Shown: positions 50,025-59,229, counted from the first letter of the stretch. The stretch: 64,000 bases of DNA from an uncultured Gammaproteobacteria bacterium (GCA_964504365.1 CAZDDW010000003.1:8031-72030), one strand, 5' to 3'. A program made the numbers and translations. The notes: generated by a model not told the origin, from the letters alone.

Positions 50025-50440
50025 AAAGTAAAGACCGCCGGGTTAATCGGCGGTAAGGACGCAGAACGTCCTAGAGATTCGGAAGTGGCCCAGAACAGGA
50101 ACCGTTGCAGTTCCTGCCTGGGACCACCCGACCACGTCGCATAGCCGTCGCACGACTTTTCATCGTCGGGTATTACCCGGCCAGCTGGCTCTTGGGAAAC
50201 GGTGTTCCGGCGCAAGCAGTGCCCGACCCTTTGGTAGTATTGCGCCACCATCGGTCGAGATTATTCGCGTTTTGTGGTTTCCCAGTCTGCCCCCTCGTAG
50301 CGAATAGCGTGCGTGGGCGTAAGAGACGTGGGTTTTGAAAGAGGATGGTGCGGCCCGGGGTGGTCGGGGTCGAGATCCGGACCGCACCAAACGGGACAGG
50401 CAACAGGAGGTGGGGCACGTTTTAGCCTCCTATCGCCGGG
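50025..50440 (-). ncRNA. GC-rich ~400-nt non-coding block, candidate structured RNA of unassigned class (RNase P RNA, tmRNA or an infB leader considered)
   Basis: No consistent reading frame (five short overlapping ORFs across frames), GC much higher than the flanks, many local helices (for example GGTGCGG...CCGCACC and CCCAGAACAGGAAC..GTTCCTGCCTGGG), and a minus-strand intrinsic terminator (accgccg-attaac-ccggcggt plus CTTTACTTTTT) ending 30 nt before the infB ATG. Confidence 0.35.
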
Positions 50441-50499
50441 CAAAGATTAAGATATCATGATTGTTGATTTACGTCAACAATGTGCTAGGATATGAGCAT

Positions 50500-51156
50500 A
50501 TGAATAACTTTTTGTTAATAGATAAACCAGCTGGGATGACTTCGCATGATGTTATTGATCAGGTACGTCAGATCACTGGCGAGCGCAGGGTTGGGCATGC
50601 TGGCACACTGGATCCATTTGCTACCGGACTCTTAATCGTAGCTGTAGGACGAGACTCGACCAAGAAGCTGAGTGAATATGTTGGTTTAGACAAAGAGTAC
50701 GAAGCAGTTTTTGTTTTGGGAATGCGCTCTGAGACTGATGATCCTGAAGGACCAGTCGCACCCAGCGAAACCGACCGAGATATCACCCGCGAAGAAATCG
50801 AAACAGCGATGCAGAAATTCATCGGTCAGATCGAACAAGTTCCACCGAAATATGCTGCGATCAAAGTTGGCGGTCGAAAGCTTTACCAAGCCGCACGTGC
50901 AGGTCAGGAGATCGAACGCAAACCCCGCTCAGTCAAGATCGACGAGTTTGAATTGCTCGATACTTCAGAAGACAATCACAAATTAACTGTACGTATCAAA
51001 TGCGGATCCGGAACATACATCCGCGCCCTTGCACGAGACCTTGGTGACGAACTAGGCGTTGGCGGATACGTTGAGCAACTTCGCAGAACCAAAATCGGAG
51101 AATACAAAATCGAAAACGCAAAAACTTTAGAGCAAATAAAAAATGGGTCCAATTAG
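50500..51156 (+). CDS. truB: tRNA pseudouridine(55) synthase
   Basis: LLIDKPAGMTSHDV and GHAGTLDPFATGLL. Confidence 0.85.
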   Translation: MNNFLLIDKPAGMTSHDVIDQVRQITGERRVGHAGTLDPFATGLLIVAVGRDSTKKLSEYVGLDKEYEAVFVLGMRSETDDPEGPVAPSETDRDITREEIETAMQKFIGQIEQVPPKYAAIKVGGRKLYQAARAGQEIERKPRSVKIDEFELLDTSEDNHKLTVRIKCGSGTYIRALARDLGDELGVGGYVEQLRRTKIGEYKIENAKTLEQIKNGSN

Positions 51157-51172
51157 GACCCGAGAAGTGAGA

Positions 51173-51565
51173 CTAGAATTCGTCAGGGGAGACCAAGTGC
51201 TGCAAAGAGGCATAGACCGTCTGAATTGCCCCGATCGTCTCAGGATCCTTCAAAACCTCGAAAAGCTTGTCCAAGGGAATACCTTGGCTTTTGCACAGCA
51301 TGATCAGCCTGGTCAGGCTGGAAGCTTGAGACATCATCAAGATAGAAAAACAGGACTCTCGATCTACCCCCATGCTCTCGGCGATACCGTCGAGCAAGGT
51401 CATCAGGTGGTCAGGCAGAGAAATCCAGTTCCCCTCTCGCGACAGAGAATCCTGGTAGACATTTGCCAGATATTCTTCGACCGTGATTCCACGAGCTGCG
51501 GCAGCCTCGACTGCTTGCGCGTGAAATTCATCTTCGACCTCGATTTCGATAGTGACTCGTGGCAC
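51173..51565 (-). CDS. GC-rich hypothetical protein whose N-terminus looks like a ribbon-helix-helix fold
   Basis: GTG start with ribosome-binding site gaaggga; N-terminus VTIEIEVEDEFHAQAVEAAAARGITVEEYLANV (strand plus two helices); convergent with truB. Confidence 0.35.
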   Translation of the reverse strand: MPRVTIEIEVEDEFHAQAVEAAAARGITVEEYLANVYQDSLSREGNWISLPDHLMTLLDGIAESMGVDRESCFSILMMSQASSLTRLIMLCKSQGIPLDKLFEVLKDPETIGAIQTVYASLQHLVSPDEF

Positions 51566-51923
51566 GATATATCCCTTCTGAAGGTGCTACGAGTAGTCTA
51601 TCAGCACCTCACAAACTGTCAAGAATACAAATTAGCTAAACTCCCCTACAAAACCCTCCCACCCCTTGTCAGCCTCCTCTATATATGCTAGTCTGAGCAA
51701 TGTAATTAATGAAAATTCTTGAAGGCTGGGAGTATACGAAAGGCACTGAACCGAGCGCACCTGGAAGAAACACCTCTATGACGTTTAAATTTTCTCTCTT
51801 AAAACTTCTGTTCGGTCAAGTTGAACCCGAACATAAGCCACAATCTAACGTCAGAGCTTAAGGACAGCGGTCCTAAATTTTTCGTAACTCAGACCTTCGG
51901 ATCTGAATATTTTAATATAATAT

Positions 51924-53453
51924 ATGGAAGCTGTATTTGCCCTGATTGCCCTAGCTGCACTTGGAATCGGTGTGTTCGGTGGATACTTGATCCGCAAAAC
52001 CATTGCCAAGAGCAACATTCATACTGCTGAGTCAAAGGCTGAGCAGATGGTGCAGGAGGCCAAGACCAAACAACAGGAGGTACTTCTCAAAGCTAAGGAG
52101 AAGGCCATCGCCATTATTGACGATGCAAAGAAAGATGAGGGTGAACGTCGAGCTGAATTACAAAAAGCTCGTCAACGTTTGGAAAAACGTGAATCTTTGT
52201 TTGATAAAAAATTACTTGACCTAGAAGATCGAAAAGGAAAACTGGAAAACAAGGTTAAGAAGGTTGAAGAAATTAAAGTCAACCTGGAGCAGGTCAAGGA
52301 AAGCCAGATGGCTAAGCTGCAAGAGATTGCTGGCATGGACCAGGAGACAGCTAGCAAGCGCTTGTTTGAAATGGTTGAAGAAGAGCAGCAAGATGCGCTG
52401 ATGAGTCGAGTGCGTAAAATGGAACAAGCCACTGAAGAAGAGTTGGAACGCGAAAGCCGAAAGCTCTTGTCTTTGGCGATTACTCGTTATGCAAGTTCAC
52501 AAGCAACTGACACAACCACCACTCAGGTTGACCTCCCTTCTGATGAGATGAAGGGGCGAATCATCGGAAAAGAAGGTCGTAACATTAAGGCCTTAGAGCA
52601 ACTGACTGGTTGTGAGATTATTGTTGATGACACTCCAGAGATGATCACTATTAGTGGTTTCTCTCCAATCCGTCGACAAGTTGCTAAACGCGCATTAGAT
52701 ATTTTGATCAAAGACGGACGCATTCATCCAGCACGTATTGAAGATTCAGTACAAGAGGCTAAGAAAAGTCTGGCTCTGGAGATTAGAAAAGCTGGAGAAG
52801 AGGCGTTGTATCAGTTGGGTCTTCCTGTTTCTTCGATCGATCCAAAGCTTGTTTCAATCTTAGGACGCCTACGCTTCCGATCTAGTTACGGACAAAACGT
52901 TCTTCAACACTCAATCGAAGTGGCTCAACTTTCTGCCTCAATGGCCGAGGAGCTTGGGGCTGACGTGGCTGTATGTCGAAAAGGTGGCCTGTTCCATGAT
53001 ATTGGAAAAGCTGTTGACCATGATATGCAGGGCGCCCACCCAGAGATCGGTTACAACATCATGAAAAAATTCAAGTTTGCTGAAGAGGTCTGTTATCAGT
53101 CTATTGCTCACCACGAGGATAAGCCAAAAACAATCGAAGGAGCAATTATTAAAGCTGCTGATGGAATCAGTGGTGCACGACCTGGTGCACGTAAGCAAAC
53201 CCTGGAACAATTCTTGCAGCGTATGGAAGAACTTGAGGACACAGCATCAAACTTCCCTGGTGTAGAAAAAGCTTATGCTATTCAGGCTGGACGTGAAGTG
53301 CGCGTGTTTGTGCAACCGCAAGAGATTGATGACTTCAATGCTTACAAAATGGCTAAGGACATTGCACAGAAAATTGAAAGCGAATTGCAGTATCCAGGAG
53401 AGGTCAAAGTTACTTTGATCCGTGAAACTCGAGTTATCGAGTACGCGCGGTAG
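51924..53453 (+). CDS. rny: ribonuclease Y
   Basis: N-terminal transmembrane helix, coiled coil, KH domain (GRIIGKEGRNIKALE) and HD domain (LFHDIGKA). Confidence 0.85.
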   Translation: MEAVFALIALAALGIGVFGGYLIRKTIAKSNIHTAESKAEQMVQEAKTKQQEVLLKAKEKAIAIIDDAKKDEGERRAELQKARQRLEKRESLFDKKLLDLEDRKGKLENKVKKVEEIKVNLEQVKESQMAKLQEIAGMDQETASKRLFEMVEEEQQDALMSRVRKMEQATEEELERESRKLLSLAITRYASSQATDTTTTQVDLPSDEMKGRIIGKEGRNIKALEQLTGCEIIVDDTPEMITISGFSPIRRQVAKRALDILIKDGRIHPARIEDSVQEAKKSLALEIRKAGEEALYQLGLPVSSIDPKLVSILGRLRFRSSYGQNVLQHSIEVAQLSASMAEELGADVAVCRKGGLFHDIGKAVDHDMQGAHPEIGYNIMKKFKFAEEVCYQSIAHHEDKPKTIEGAIIKAADGISGARPGARKQTLEQFLQRMEELEDTASNFPGVEKAYAIQAGREVRVFVQPQEIDDFNAYKMAKDIAQKIESELQYPGEVKVTLIRETRVIEYAR

Positions 53454-53533
53454 TTTTAAGGTAGAGAGTAGAAGGTAGAAAGTAGAAAGAATCAGTCTCT
53501 CTCTACTATCTACTCTCTACTTTCTACATATTT

Positions 53534-54337
53534 ATGGAATCCACAATACTTATCTTCGGTGACGTCATTGGACGTATTGGTCGGGAAGCCCTTGCAAAGG
53601 CGCTTCCCGATTTGCGTTCTCAATACCAACCAGACCTGGTCCTAGCCAACGGCGAAAACCTGGCTCATGGTTTTGGAATCACTCCAAAGACCGTTCGCTT
53701 CATGTTGAATGCTGGAGTCGACGTGCTCACCAGCGGAAACCATATCTGGGCCAACCCGGCTTACAAGGATGTCTTTTCTGATCCAGAACTAAACCGCCGC
53801 GTAGTTCGTCCGCTGAACGATCCACACACCGAGGGTATCGGATATACAATTCATGAAAACGATCACGGCCGCTTTTTGATCATCTGCCTAAACGGCCGCG
53901 TCTTTATCGACGAATCCTATGGCATATTTTTCGATCCAATCGACCGCGTTCTCACAGATCTAAAAGACGAACACTTTGACGCTGTGCTGGTTGACTTCCA
54001 TGCCGAAGCCACTTCAGAAAAAAACGTGCTTGGTTTGTATCTAGACGGCCGCGTCTCTTGCCTTTACGGAACCCACACTCATGTACCAACTGCTGACGAG
54101 CGAGTCCTGCCCAAAGGCACAGCTTACATCTCCGATGTTGGAATGGTTGGTGCTCACAACCAAGCCTTGGGTGGTGAATACGAACCGATTCTGGAAGGAA
54201 TGAAGCAGGGCGGACTGGGCAAATACCATGTTCCAGAATCCGACCCAGTGGAAATCAATGCTGTCTTGGTCAAGACAAAAGACGGTCAAGCCACCTCAAT
54301 CGAACGGATTCAAAAAATACTTGCCAAGTTTCCATAA
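53534..54337 (+). CDS. ymdB: YmdB-like metallophosphoesterase (2',3'-cyclic-nucleotide phosphodiesterase family)
   Basis: ILIFGDVIGRIGREAL, GNH and GTHTHV metal-ligand motifs; conserved rny-ymdB synteny. Confidence 0.8.
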   Translation: MESTILIFGDVIGRIGREALAKALPDLRSQYQPDLVLANGENLAHGFGITPKTVRFMLNAGVDVLTSGNHIWANPAYKDVFSDPELNRRVVRPLNDPHTEGIGYTIHENDHGRFLIICLNGRVFIDESYGIFFDPIDRVLTDLKDEHFDAVLVDFHAEATSEKNVLGLYLDGRVSCLYGTHTHVPTADERVLPKGTAYISDVGMVGAHNQALGGEYEPILEGMKQGGLGKYHVPESDPVEINAVLVKTKDGQATSIERIQKILAKFP

Positions 54338-54388
54338 TTCCGCTATACTGACACGTGAATTCATAAACAAACTTTTAAAACCAAGCAT

Positions 54389-54682
54389 ATGAACAAAGCA
54401 GAACTTGCAGCACGTGTTGCCGACCGAGTCGGTGTTTCTAAAAAACAAGGTGAGGAATTTGTTATAGCCTTCCAAGAAATTGTAACCAAAACTTTGGTCG
54501 AGGGCGGTGAGGTAACCATTGCCGGATTCGGTACATTCTCAGCTCGAACTCGTAAAGGCCGTATCGGTGTGAACCCACAGAATCCAACAGAAAAGATCCA
54601 GATTCCACCAGTAGTTGTTCCAAAATTCAAAGCTGGAAAAGCATTAAAGGATTCATTGAAAGGAAAGCGAGAAGTACACTAG
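54389..54682 (+). CDS. hup: DNA-binding protein HU
   Basis: MNKAELAARVADRVGVSKKQGEEFV ... GFGTFSARTRKGR. Confidence 0.85.
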   Translation: MNKAELAARVADRVGVSKKQGEEFVIAFQEIVTKTLVEGGEVTIAGFGTFSARTRKGRIGVNPQNPTEKIQIPPVVVPKFKAGKALKDSLKGKREVH

Positions 54683-54729
54683 GAAATAATAAAAAGCGGA
54701 AGCATTTGCTCCCGCTTTTTTGATTCTAA

Positions 54730-55275
54730 CTAATCCAGTTCCCGCAGCGTTTCCATTATTTCCTCCCAATACACTTCTTGATTAACAAATGGTGAGAAAA
54801 TAATTAATCCATCTTCACGCTCTTGAATGTAATTTGTTTTAGTTACCTCACCCATTGCTGTTGTATTCTCTAATGCAGTCAAAATAATACCACCTTGGTT
54901 GATCTGCTCTTCTAGAACAATCTGCCCAGTTCCCTCAACACCACCATACCCACTAGCTGTGACTTCTTTAAACTGATCCAAAGTCATCCCTTGAGCAAAG
55001 AAAGCGTACATGAGTTGTTCTGCGCTCTCAGCTACAGTAGGATCATAAATTGAGAACAGCAAGCGCATCTCTGCACTCAGATAATAGATGTTGTCGTCGG
55101 CTTCTTTGTTGTTGAATGTATACTTGCCTGGATATTGGAAAGCAAAATTAAATTCTTCACTTTCAAAAATTTCCCAAGTCGGCTGAACAGTTGGCAGGTT
55201 CTTTTTTGGACCACCACAACCAAGTCCAGTAGTGACAAGCAAGGTTAATACTAATACTGAAAGTATATAGCGCAT
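54730..55275 (-). CDS. hypothetical lipoprotein
   Basis: Signal peptide followed by the lipobox LGCGG. Confidence 0.55.
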   Translation of the reverse strand: MRYILSVLVLTLLVTTGLGCGGPKKNLPTVQPTWEIFESEEFNFAFQYPGKYTFNNKEADDNIYYLSAEMRLLFSIYDPTVAESAEQLMYAFFAQGMTLDQFKEVTASGYGGVEGTGQIVLEEQINQGGIILTALENTTAMGEVTKTNYIQEREDGLIIFSPFVNQEVYWEEIMETLRELD

Positions 55276-55276
55276 A

Positions 55277-56551
55277 CTATTTCTTGTTTACAAAACTTTT
55301 TACTTCTTTAACGATCTGGTCGATCTTAACTAAACTGAATTCTTTGTTGGTTCGTTCTTTCCACTCAACAGAATCCTCAGCCAAGGTCTTTTCTGATACA
55401 ACTAAACGCAATGGAATTCCGATCAAGTCAGCATCACCAAATTTCTCACCAGGTGACATGCCTTCACGATCATCCCACAATACTTCGATTCCAGATTTTT
55501 CTAGATCATTATGTAAAGCAGACGCAACATCGTTGATTCGTGATACAACGGCCTCGTCTTTAGAACTCAGAGAAATAATCTCAACTGCATATGGAGCAAT
55601 CGACTTTGGCCAGATCATTCCTCGATCATCATGCGATACCTCAACCACAGCACCCATTACACGTGAAGGGCCGATTCCGTAAGAACCCATAACAATCTGT
55701 TGACTCTCCCCTTTTTCATCCTTCATGCTCATCTTGTTAGCGTCTGTGAACTTGGTTCCTAGCGGGAAAATATTTCCAACCTCGATTGACTTCATCTCTT
55801 CTACTTTACCACCACAATCCTTTGGACAAGCATCGCCATCTTTACCATCAAAGATCTCCTTGTTCCAAGCGTAGTCACAGCCTTCACAGAAGTAAATTGT
55901 GTCCTCACCAGATTCTGTTGGGGTTTGGAACTCATGCGAGTCCTTTGAAAAGTCGCCACCTGAAGCTTCGGTGTAAATGGCCCGGATTCCAATGCGATCA
56001 AAAACTTTTCGATAAGCATCAGCGGATTTCAAATAAAACTCAGCACGATCTTCTTCTGACAAATGAAAACTGTAAAAGTCCTTCATTGAGAACTCGCGTC
56101 CACGCAACAACCCAGACTTAGCCCGAGCCTCGTTGCGGAACTTGTCCTGAACCTGATACAAGAAGACTGGAAAGTCCTTATACGAATTCACGTACTGTTT
56201 AACCAGCGGCGTAATCACGTCCTCATGAGTCAAACCAAGACAATAGTCCTTGTCACCATGACCTTTCAGTTTGAACATGACGTCGATAGTATCCCAGCGA
56301 CCAGTTGTGGTCCAAGGTTCTTTTGGTTGAAGTGCTGGCAAATAAACCTCTTGTCCACCAATGGCTTCCATTTCCTCGCGAACAATATCTTGAATCTTTT
56401 TCAAGACCCGCAAACCAAGCGGCAGGTACGAGAAAATCCCAGCAGCGAGTTGATTTATAAATCCAGCCTGAAGCAAGAGCTGAGCATTGGCTGAATCAGC
56501 ATCAGCCGGCTTCATCTTATTGGTCTTACCAAATAGTTTTGAATATTTCAT
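55277..56551 (-). CDS. proS: prolyl-tRNA synthetase, short form without the INS editing domain
   Basis: Class II motifs with a zinc-binding C-terminal domain (FCEGCDYAWN..CPKDCGG); 424 aa. Confidence 0.85.
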   Translation of the reverse strand: MKYSKLFGKTNKMKPADADSANAQLLLQAGFINQLAAGIFSYLPLGLRVLKKIQDIVREEMEAIGGQEVYLPALQPKEPWTTTGRWDTIDVMFKLKGHGDKDYCLGLTHEDVITPLVKQYVNSYKDFPVFLYQVQDKFRNEARAKSGLLRGREFSMKDFYSFHLSEEDRAEFYLKSADAYRKVFDRIGIRAIYTEASGGDFSKDSHEFQTPTESGEDTIYFCEGCDYAWNKEIFDGKDGDACPKDCGGKVEEMKSIEVGNIFPLGTKFTDANKMSMKDEKGESQQIVMGSYGIGPSRVMGAVVEVSHDDRGMIWPKSIAPYAVEIISLSSKDEAVVSRINDVASALHNDLEKSGIEVLWDDREGMSPGEKFGDADLIGIPLRLVVSEKTLAEDSVEWKERTNKEFSLVKIDQIVKEVKSFVNKK

Positions 56552-56642
56552 ACGCCGCTTATGGTACCAAGATAGGCTAATTTATTCAAGGCTTGACCTT
56601 GCGCTGTCCATGTGCTTAAATAGCCGCACAAGGGAGAACATC

Positions 56643-56936
56643 ATGTTCCAAAAACTCGCAAAAAATACCTGGTTGCTCCTGCTGGCCATTGCTGGACTGG
56701 CAACTATCCTCGTCATCAAGATCGAAAATCCTTTCGTGTTGGCGATAGGCTCTTATTACCTGTTCTATGGCGTGATCCATTTGATGGGCAAGACCTTGCC
56801 CCTGTTCACTGACAAACACCGCAGATCGAAAGCTGCTCCGATCAAGCTTGTCGCCAGCCCGCTCGCAACGCTTTTCCTGTTCGCTACCGGAGCTTGCCTG
56901 ATCTACTTCTACCACTTCCCACTCTCGGCTTCGTAG
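56643..56936 (+). CDS. small membrane protein (97 aa, 2-3 transmembrane helices)
   Basis: Ribosome-binding site gggag, hydrophobic helices, and hairpin terminator gcgcc-tcact-ggcgc followed by seven T's immediately after. Confidence 0.45.
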   Translation: MFQKLAKNTWLLLLAIAGLATILVIKIENPFVLAIGSYYLFYGVIHLMGKTLPLFTDKHRRSKAAPIKLVASPLATLFLFATGACLIYFYHFPLSAS

Positions 56937-56942
56937 CCACCT

Positions 56943-57025
56943 CGCGCCTCACTGGCGCTTTTTTTGTTGGCTAAACAGACCGCCGACCAATAAAAAACCG
57001 GCCCTGGAAAGGGTCGGTGCTGTGT
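56943..57025. terminator. convergent terminator module A: plus-strand hairpin plus T7, then a minus-strand hairpin (ccgaccc-tttcca-gggccgg plus T6)
   Basis: Homologous to module B at 58048..58150 (shared GCGCC.ACTGGCGCTTTTTTTGTTGGC...AGACCGC.GACCAA...AAAAAA). Confidence 0.55.
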
Positions 57026-57045
57026 GAAGTAAGGAACGATGGTAA

Positions 57046-57711
57046 CTACTCAGAGTCGCTTTTCTGGGCCTGTCTCATCATGTACATGGCCAAGCCCTCA
57101 CGTTCGAAGGCCTGCAGGATCTTCTCAGCGTGGTCTAGAGCTGTACGTCGTTTGTCGACCCACATCCTAACCAGACAGAAAACCTGGTACGCAATCTGTT
57201 GCCCGTCTTCCTCGGTCTTGGCACAGATCTCAGACAACGGAGTCTCTTTGACAGTCACCTTGACCGCACGGTCATAGCCATGATCACACACGAAGTCGAC
57301 TCTGACCAAGACCCAGCGAGCCGTCCGCGTCAGCCCCCAAAAATGATGACACCCTGTCTCCTGGTCATCAGCGATAACCGTACCTAGGTTGCGGCTCCGT
57401 GACACAAAGAGGCCCTTGCTCTTCAGGCTCGAGACTCCATCAACCGAAGACACCAACTCGGGCTCATCATCCTCAATCTTGTGCTGGGACGAAGAGCTTC
57501 CGCCCCCCTTCTCGCCTTTGAGACACCTGACACCGCCCAGGCTCCAGAGCTTGATGTTTCTCTCCAGGTCTGGAGCAAGGACCCTGGCTCTTGCCTCCAG
57601 GATGACGGCCCAGTCCTCCTCGGTTACAGGTTCACGACGGGCCAGCTGTCTTTGTCCAACTGACAATGCTTCCAAATACTCCTCATAGGAGTCGAATCCT
57701 GGCACGGGCAT
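57046..57711 (-). CDS. GC-rich hypothetical protein (222 aa)
   Basis: Start at MPVPGFDSYEEYLE with a perfect ribosome-binding site aaaggagg and a terminator downstream; no recognisable motif. Confidence 0.45.
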   Translation of the reverse strand: MPVPGFDSYEEYLEALSVGQRQLARREPVTEEDWAVILEARARVLAPDLERNIKLWSLGGVRCLKGEKGGGSSSSQHKIEDDEPELVSSVDGVSSLKSKGLFVSRSRNLGTVIADDQETGCHHFWGLTRTARWVLVRVDFVCDHGYDRAVKVTVKETPLSEICAKTEEDGQQIAYQVFCLVRMWVDKRRTALDHAEKILQAFEREGLAMYMMRQAQKSDSE

Positions 57712-57866
57712 ACCCGGCCTCCTTTCGTCACCCAAAGGGCAAACCCAATGGTGATATTAACTTACTACAATATATAAATCCCATCAAATGTATCATCAGC
57801 ACCTGGTGCAACTCGGCGCTTTTTTCTTTGTCTGATTTCATGCTATGCTAAATACAAGGAGGATTA

Positions 57867-58034
57867 ATGGGAGAGAAATCGAATCTTTGGACAGAATTCA
57901 AGGAATGGCTTGGAGGAGACGCTTTGTTCTTTCTCCGCCTCGCCTTCATCGTTCTTTGCCTCTGGGCCCTCGTACCGTTCGTCTTCGCATTCTTGGAAAC
58001 ACTCTTTGGCGGAAGCACTTCGCAATCCTGAGAC
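57867..58034 (+). CDS. small membrane protein (55 aa: MGEKSNLWTEFKEWLGGDALFFLRLAFIVLCLWALVPFVFAFLETLFGGSTSQS)
   Basis: Translated by hand; ribosome-binding site aaggagg 4-5 nt before the ATG, one transmembrane helix, followed directly by terminator module B. Not in the ORF track because it is shorter than 60 aa. Confidence 0.45.
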
Positions 58035-58047
58035 AATTCCTTCCGCC

Positions 58048-58150
58048 TTGCGCCACCTGGCGCTTTTTTTGTTGGCCGAATAGACCGCTGACCAACAACC
58101 CGCCCGAAGCTTTAGCGAAGGCGGGTCATTCAATAAAAAATCGGCCAGGA
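58048..58150. terminator. terminator module B (gcgcc-acct-ggcgc plus T7), containing an inserted CGAAGCTTTAGCGAAGG-loop hairpin and a minus-strand hairpin
   Basis: Duplicate of module A, with an extra hairpin cccgcCCGAAGCTTTAGCGAAGGcgggt at 58100..58128. Confidence 0.55.
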
Positions 58151-58380
58151 CGACCGATGTGTCTGTGTCGGGCAATCCGACAAACAAGGCAGATGAGATC
58201 AGGAATGTCATGAGAAAGAACAGGAGCAGGACCAGACAAAGAACAACAGCCCAAGCAGACTTTCTGGTCACAGCAAGTGCAGTAAACAATCCGGACAGGA
58301 AAGAGCTAGCCGCAATCATTAGAAACAAGATCATCATTTCCTCCAAAACCAACCTTACACCAACCCGCTAGAAAAGAAAA

Positions 58381-58405
58381 ATCCCTCGTTGCCGAGGGGC
58401 GATGA
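58381..58405 (-). terminator. terminator of the 58434 gene
   Basis: ccctcg-ttgc-cgaggg hairpin followed by ATTTTTCTTTT on the minus strand. Confidence 0.5.
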
Positions 58406-58433
58406 GGGACAGGTCCAATCAAGGGCGATCGGA

Positions 58434-58640
58434 CTAGATGGGCTTGTACTGCCAGCCCTGCCGTTCGCAGAACTCGGCCACCGAGACAGAGCCCTCGCGG
58501 AGTCGTTGGTGCAGTTCGTCGGCCTCGTCAGCCGGGATCACGGGCGGGCGAGTCGGATTGCCCTGGTCGTCGAAGAAACGGATCGGATGTGTGCGTGCGT
58601 TGGATGCTGGACCGGCTTCCCAGTCGGGTTTGGCCATACT
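58434..58640 (-). CDS. GC-rich small hypothetical protein (about 68 aa)
   Basis: ATG preceded by ribosome-binding site aggagg with 5 nt spacing; sequence MAKPDWEAGPASNARTHPIRFFDDQGNPTRPPV...; terminator downstream. Confidence 0.4.
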   Translation of the reverse strand, partial: SMAKPDWEAGPASNARTHPIRFFDDQGNPTRPPVIPADEADELHQRLREGSVSVAEFCERQGWQYKPI

Positions 58641-58717
58641 CACCTCCTAATTAGACCATATCATTATTTTACCAAAAATAAAAATCCGACCAGGTGGTCG
58701 GAATGAGTACGTGCGGT

Positions 58718-59149
58718 CTAGGCGCTTGCAGGTACGGCAGCGGGTGGGACCAGGCGGAAGATGCGTGCAGCGAAGATCGAGCAACTGTGAGCAAAGACCC
58801 TTGCTACACCACTCTTCTGGCTGACCGCGACCAGTGGGCTACCTGCCCTATAGCTGATCCAGGGTCCGGGCTTCATCATCTTCGCCGGAATCTCGTGCTC
58901 GGCACCTTCGGCGTAGGCGGGCAGGAGCTGATCATCTTGCTCGGCCATCCTGCGTACGAGCACGGTTCGCCAGGAACGATCGTCAGACCACACCTGGAGC
59001 TGCTCACCGATCGTTCCCTCTCGCGGGAATTCGATGCTGTCCGTCTGGACTGGAGCTTCTCCGGTTCGATCCTCGAAATATCGTCTGTCGTTTTCGCGTT
59101 CTCCCGTGTCTCCCATGAGAACGAACACTCCGACCGGCTGACTACTCAT
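58718..59149 (-). CDS. GC-rich hypothetical protein (about 144 aa)
   Basis: Start at MSSQPVGVFVLMGDTGE with ribosome-binding site aaggagg. Confidence 0.45.
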   Translation of the reverse strand: MSSQPVGVFVLMGDTGERENDRRYFEDRTGEAPVQTDSIEFPREGTIGEQLQVWSDDRSWRTVLVRRMAEQDDQLLPAYAEGAEHEIPAKMMKPGPWISYRAGSPLVAVSQKSGVARVFAHSCSIFAARIFRLVPPAAVPASA

Positions 59150-59229
59150 GAGGCCTCCTTGCTGTCGTAGCTCACGACTAAAAGATCTTGCCACAAAAAC
59201 CTGATACTGTCAATTCCTGGTATTTCAGG

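Noticed and set aside
50021-50443. Five short overlapping ORFs across the GC-rich block upstream of infB
   Set aside because: No frame is consistent, the composition is RNA-like, and a terminator sits inside. Treated as non-coding structured RNA instead.
57845-58371. ORFs 57845..58213 (+), 57848..58036 (-) and 58159..58371 (+) in the terminator-module region
   Set aside because: No ribosome-binding sites, and they cross a region that is duplicated as non-coding terminator DNA. The ribosome-binding-site-led 55-aa ORF at 57867 is preferred, and the 162-aa minus ORF is kept only as an open question.
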